Shown: positions 62,877 through 64,000 of the stretch, in pieces
How the letters are laid out: each line of letters begins with the position of its first letter
Numbering within the stretch: the first letter of the stretch is position 1
NCBI RefSeq assembly: GCF_009834535.1
Contig: NC_045697.1
Coordinates: 87,174,001-87,238,000 of the forward strand
Origin: Camelus ferus
Lineage: Eukaryota
Reading direction: 5' to 3'
Length of the DNA: 64,000 bases
Made by a program: the position numbers and the translations under genes
Notes under the pieces: generated by a model
The model's database searches: none
Seen by the model: only the letters and a program-made list of their open reading frames with translations
What the model was told of the DNA's origin: nothing

Positions 62877-64000
62877 CTATTAAATCCATATAGTGAAATG
62901 TCTTTAAAGTAACAAATTATGATCTTAGGATGTAAAGTGCTTAAACCATGCTTCCTGCTGACCTAACAATCAAATTTAGCTGTGAAGGAACAGTTGCTTG
63001 GTGGACACTCAGAGGGCTTTCCTAATGTCTACACATGATCTGCTGTTTCCAGCTGTTGTGTTTGGGTTGTAACGTGAGACTTCCCCCCTTACATCCTTTT
63101 GTTTAAAATGTTATATTAAGCTTGAGAAATGTAAGTATAAAAAATTTCCAGTATAAACATCAGCTGGAAAATGTTGAATTAAGAGACATATATTCCCTGA
63201 AGAATGAGTTTTAAAAGTAAGAGGCATTCTACCAGGAGGATGTTAACTATGGAGACTCTCTGCAGGTAGGCCTGTGTTCTGTATTCTGGCTTACTTATTG
63301 GATGAAGTGCAGTATAACTAACCATAAACACCTGGTTACTGCTGCATGCTTTAAATATGTGCTTATTTAATTCTAATACAACCTTCAATGAGGAAGTGGA
63401 GGTTCAAAGACCCAAAATTAATTTCACAAAATATAATAATCATATAACTCCTCAGTTTCAGAGCTGGGACTCAAATCTACTTCTACAGGTGATATTTAGG
63501 AACAGCAATTAGAAAACTTCAAAAGCAGCAAGGAAAACACACTGACGTGTCTCAAATGGATTCACCGTCTTGTTTTAGATTAAATCCCCTTTCCATCCCC
63601 TGTCCCCTCCTACAGGAATTTTTAATCCCTGTTTCCAAATATCATTATATGAAATACAATGTATAAATTTTTGCTTTCTAAGTCTGATAGTAGCTGTTTC
63701 CCATTATGCTATACAGTTATCCTTGATTGTATATTTTCATTTATCTTTTAGTAAATATTTTAGGAATCAGTATTTGCTGTGAGAGAATTAATAAAATGTA
63801 TTAGGAGGTTTGCTAGAGCTTTTCACTTTGCTTATCTCATGGAATCAAAGGAAAAATTAGACTTTCTTATTATATTTTATTTACTCAGTAATTCACAAGA
63901 AAGTCTACTTTAATATGGCAGTTGAACTGAGTATATCCTAACCGCTAGCCTCGTGGAATCATAGGATATTGAAGCAATGAGTTTTATAATATATGTTAGA

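Noticed and set aside
62947..63095. Possible additional upstream fossil exon
   Set aside because: Weak acceptor, and I could not match its phase to the next exon; left out of the model although still possible

Overview
AT-rich mammalian genomic DNA. It is probably camelid, because its tRNA-derived SINEs resemble the Vic-1 type; this is inferred, not searched. I found no intact protein-coding gene, and nearly all ORFs in the track are LINE-1 fragments or chance ORFs. The window holds many L1 copies of different ages (several with clear target-site duplications), MIR/L2 relics, hAT-type MITEs and LTR relics. The mostly minus-strand L1s and the visually T-rich plus strand suggest a long intron of a plus-strand host gene. 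The main unexpected signal is a fossil multi-exon gene on the minus strand from about 39,965 to at least 62,876. It has about 21 exon-like blocks (roughly 4.8 kb, about 1,600 codons), mostly with AG acceptors and GT donors, and many consecutive junctions are phase-compatible. It is riddled with stops and frameshifts, and a young L1 sits inside one exon. It looks like an unprocessed, possibly unitary, pseudogene of a large protein that I cannot name. Exon boundaries and frames were read by eye and some are ambiguous.
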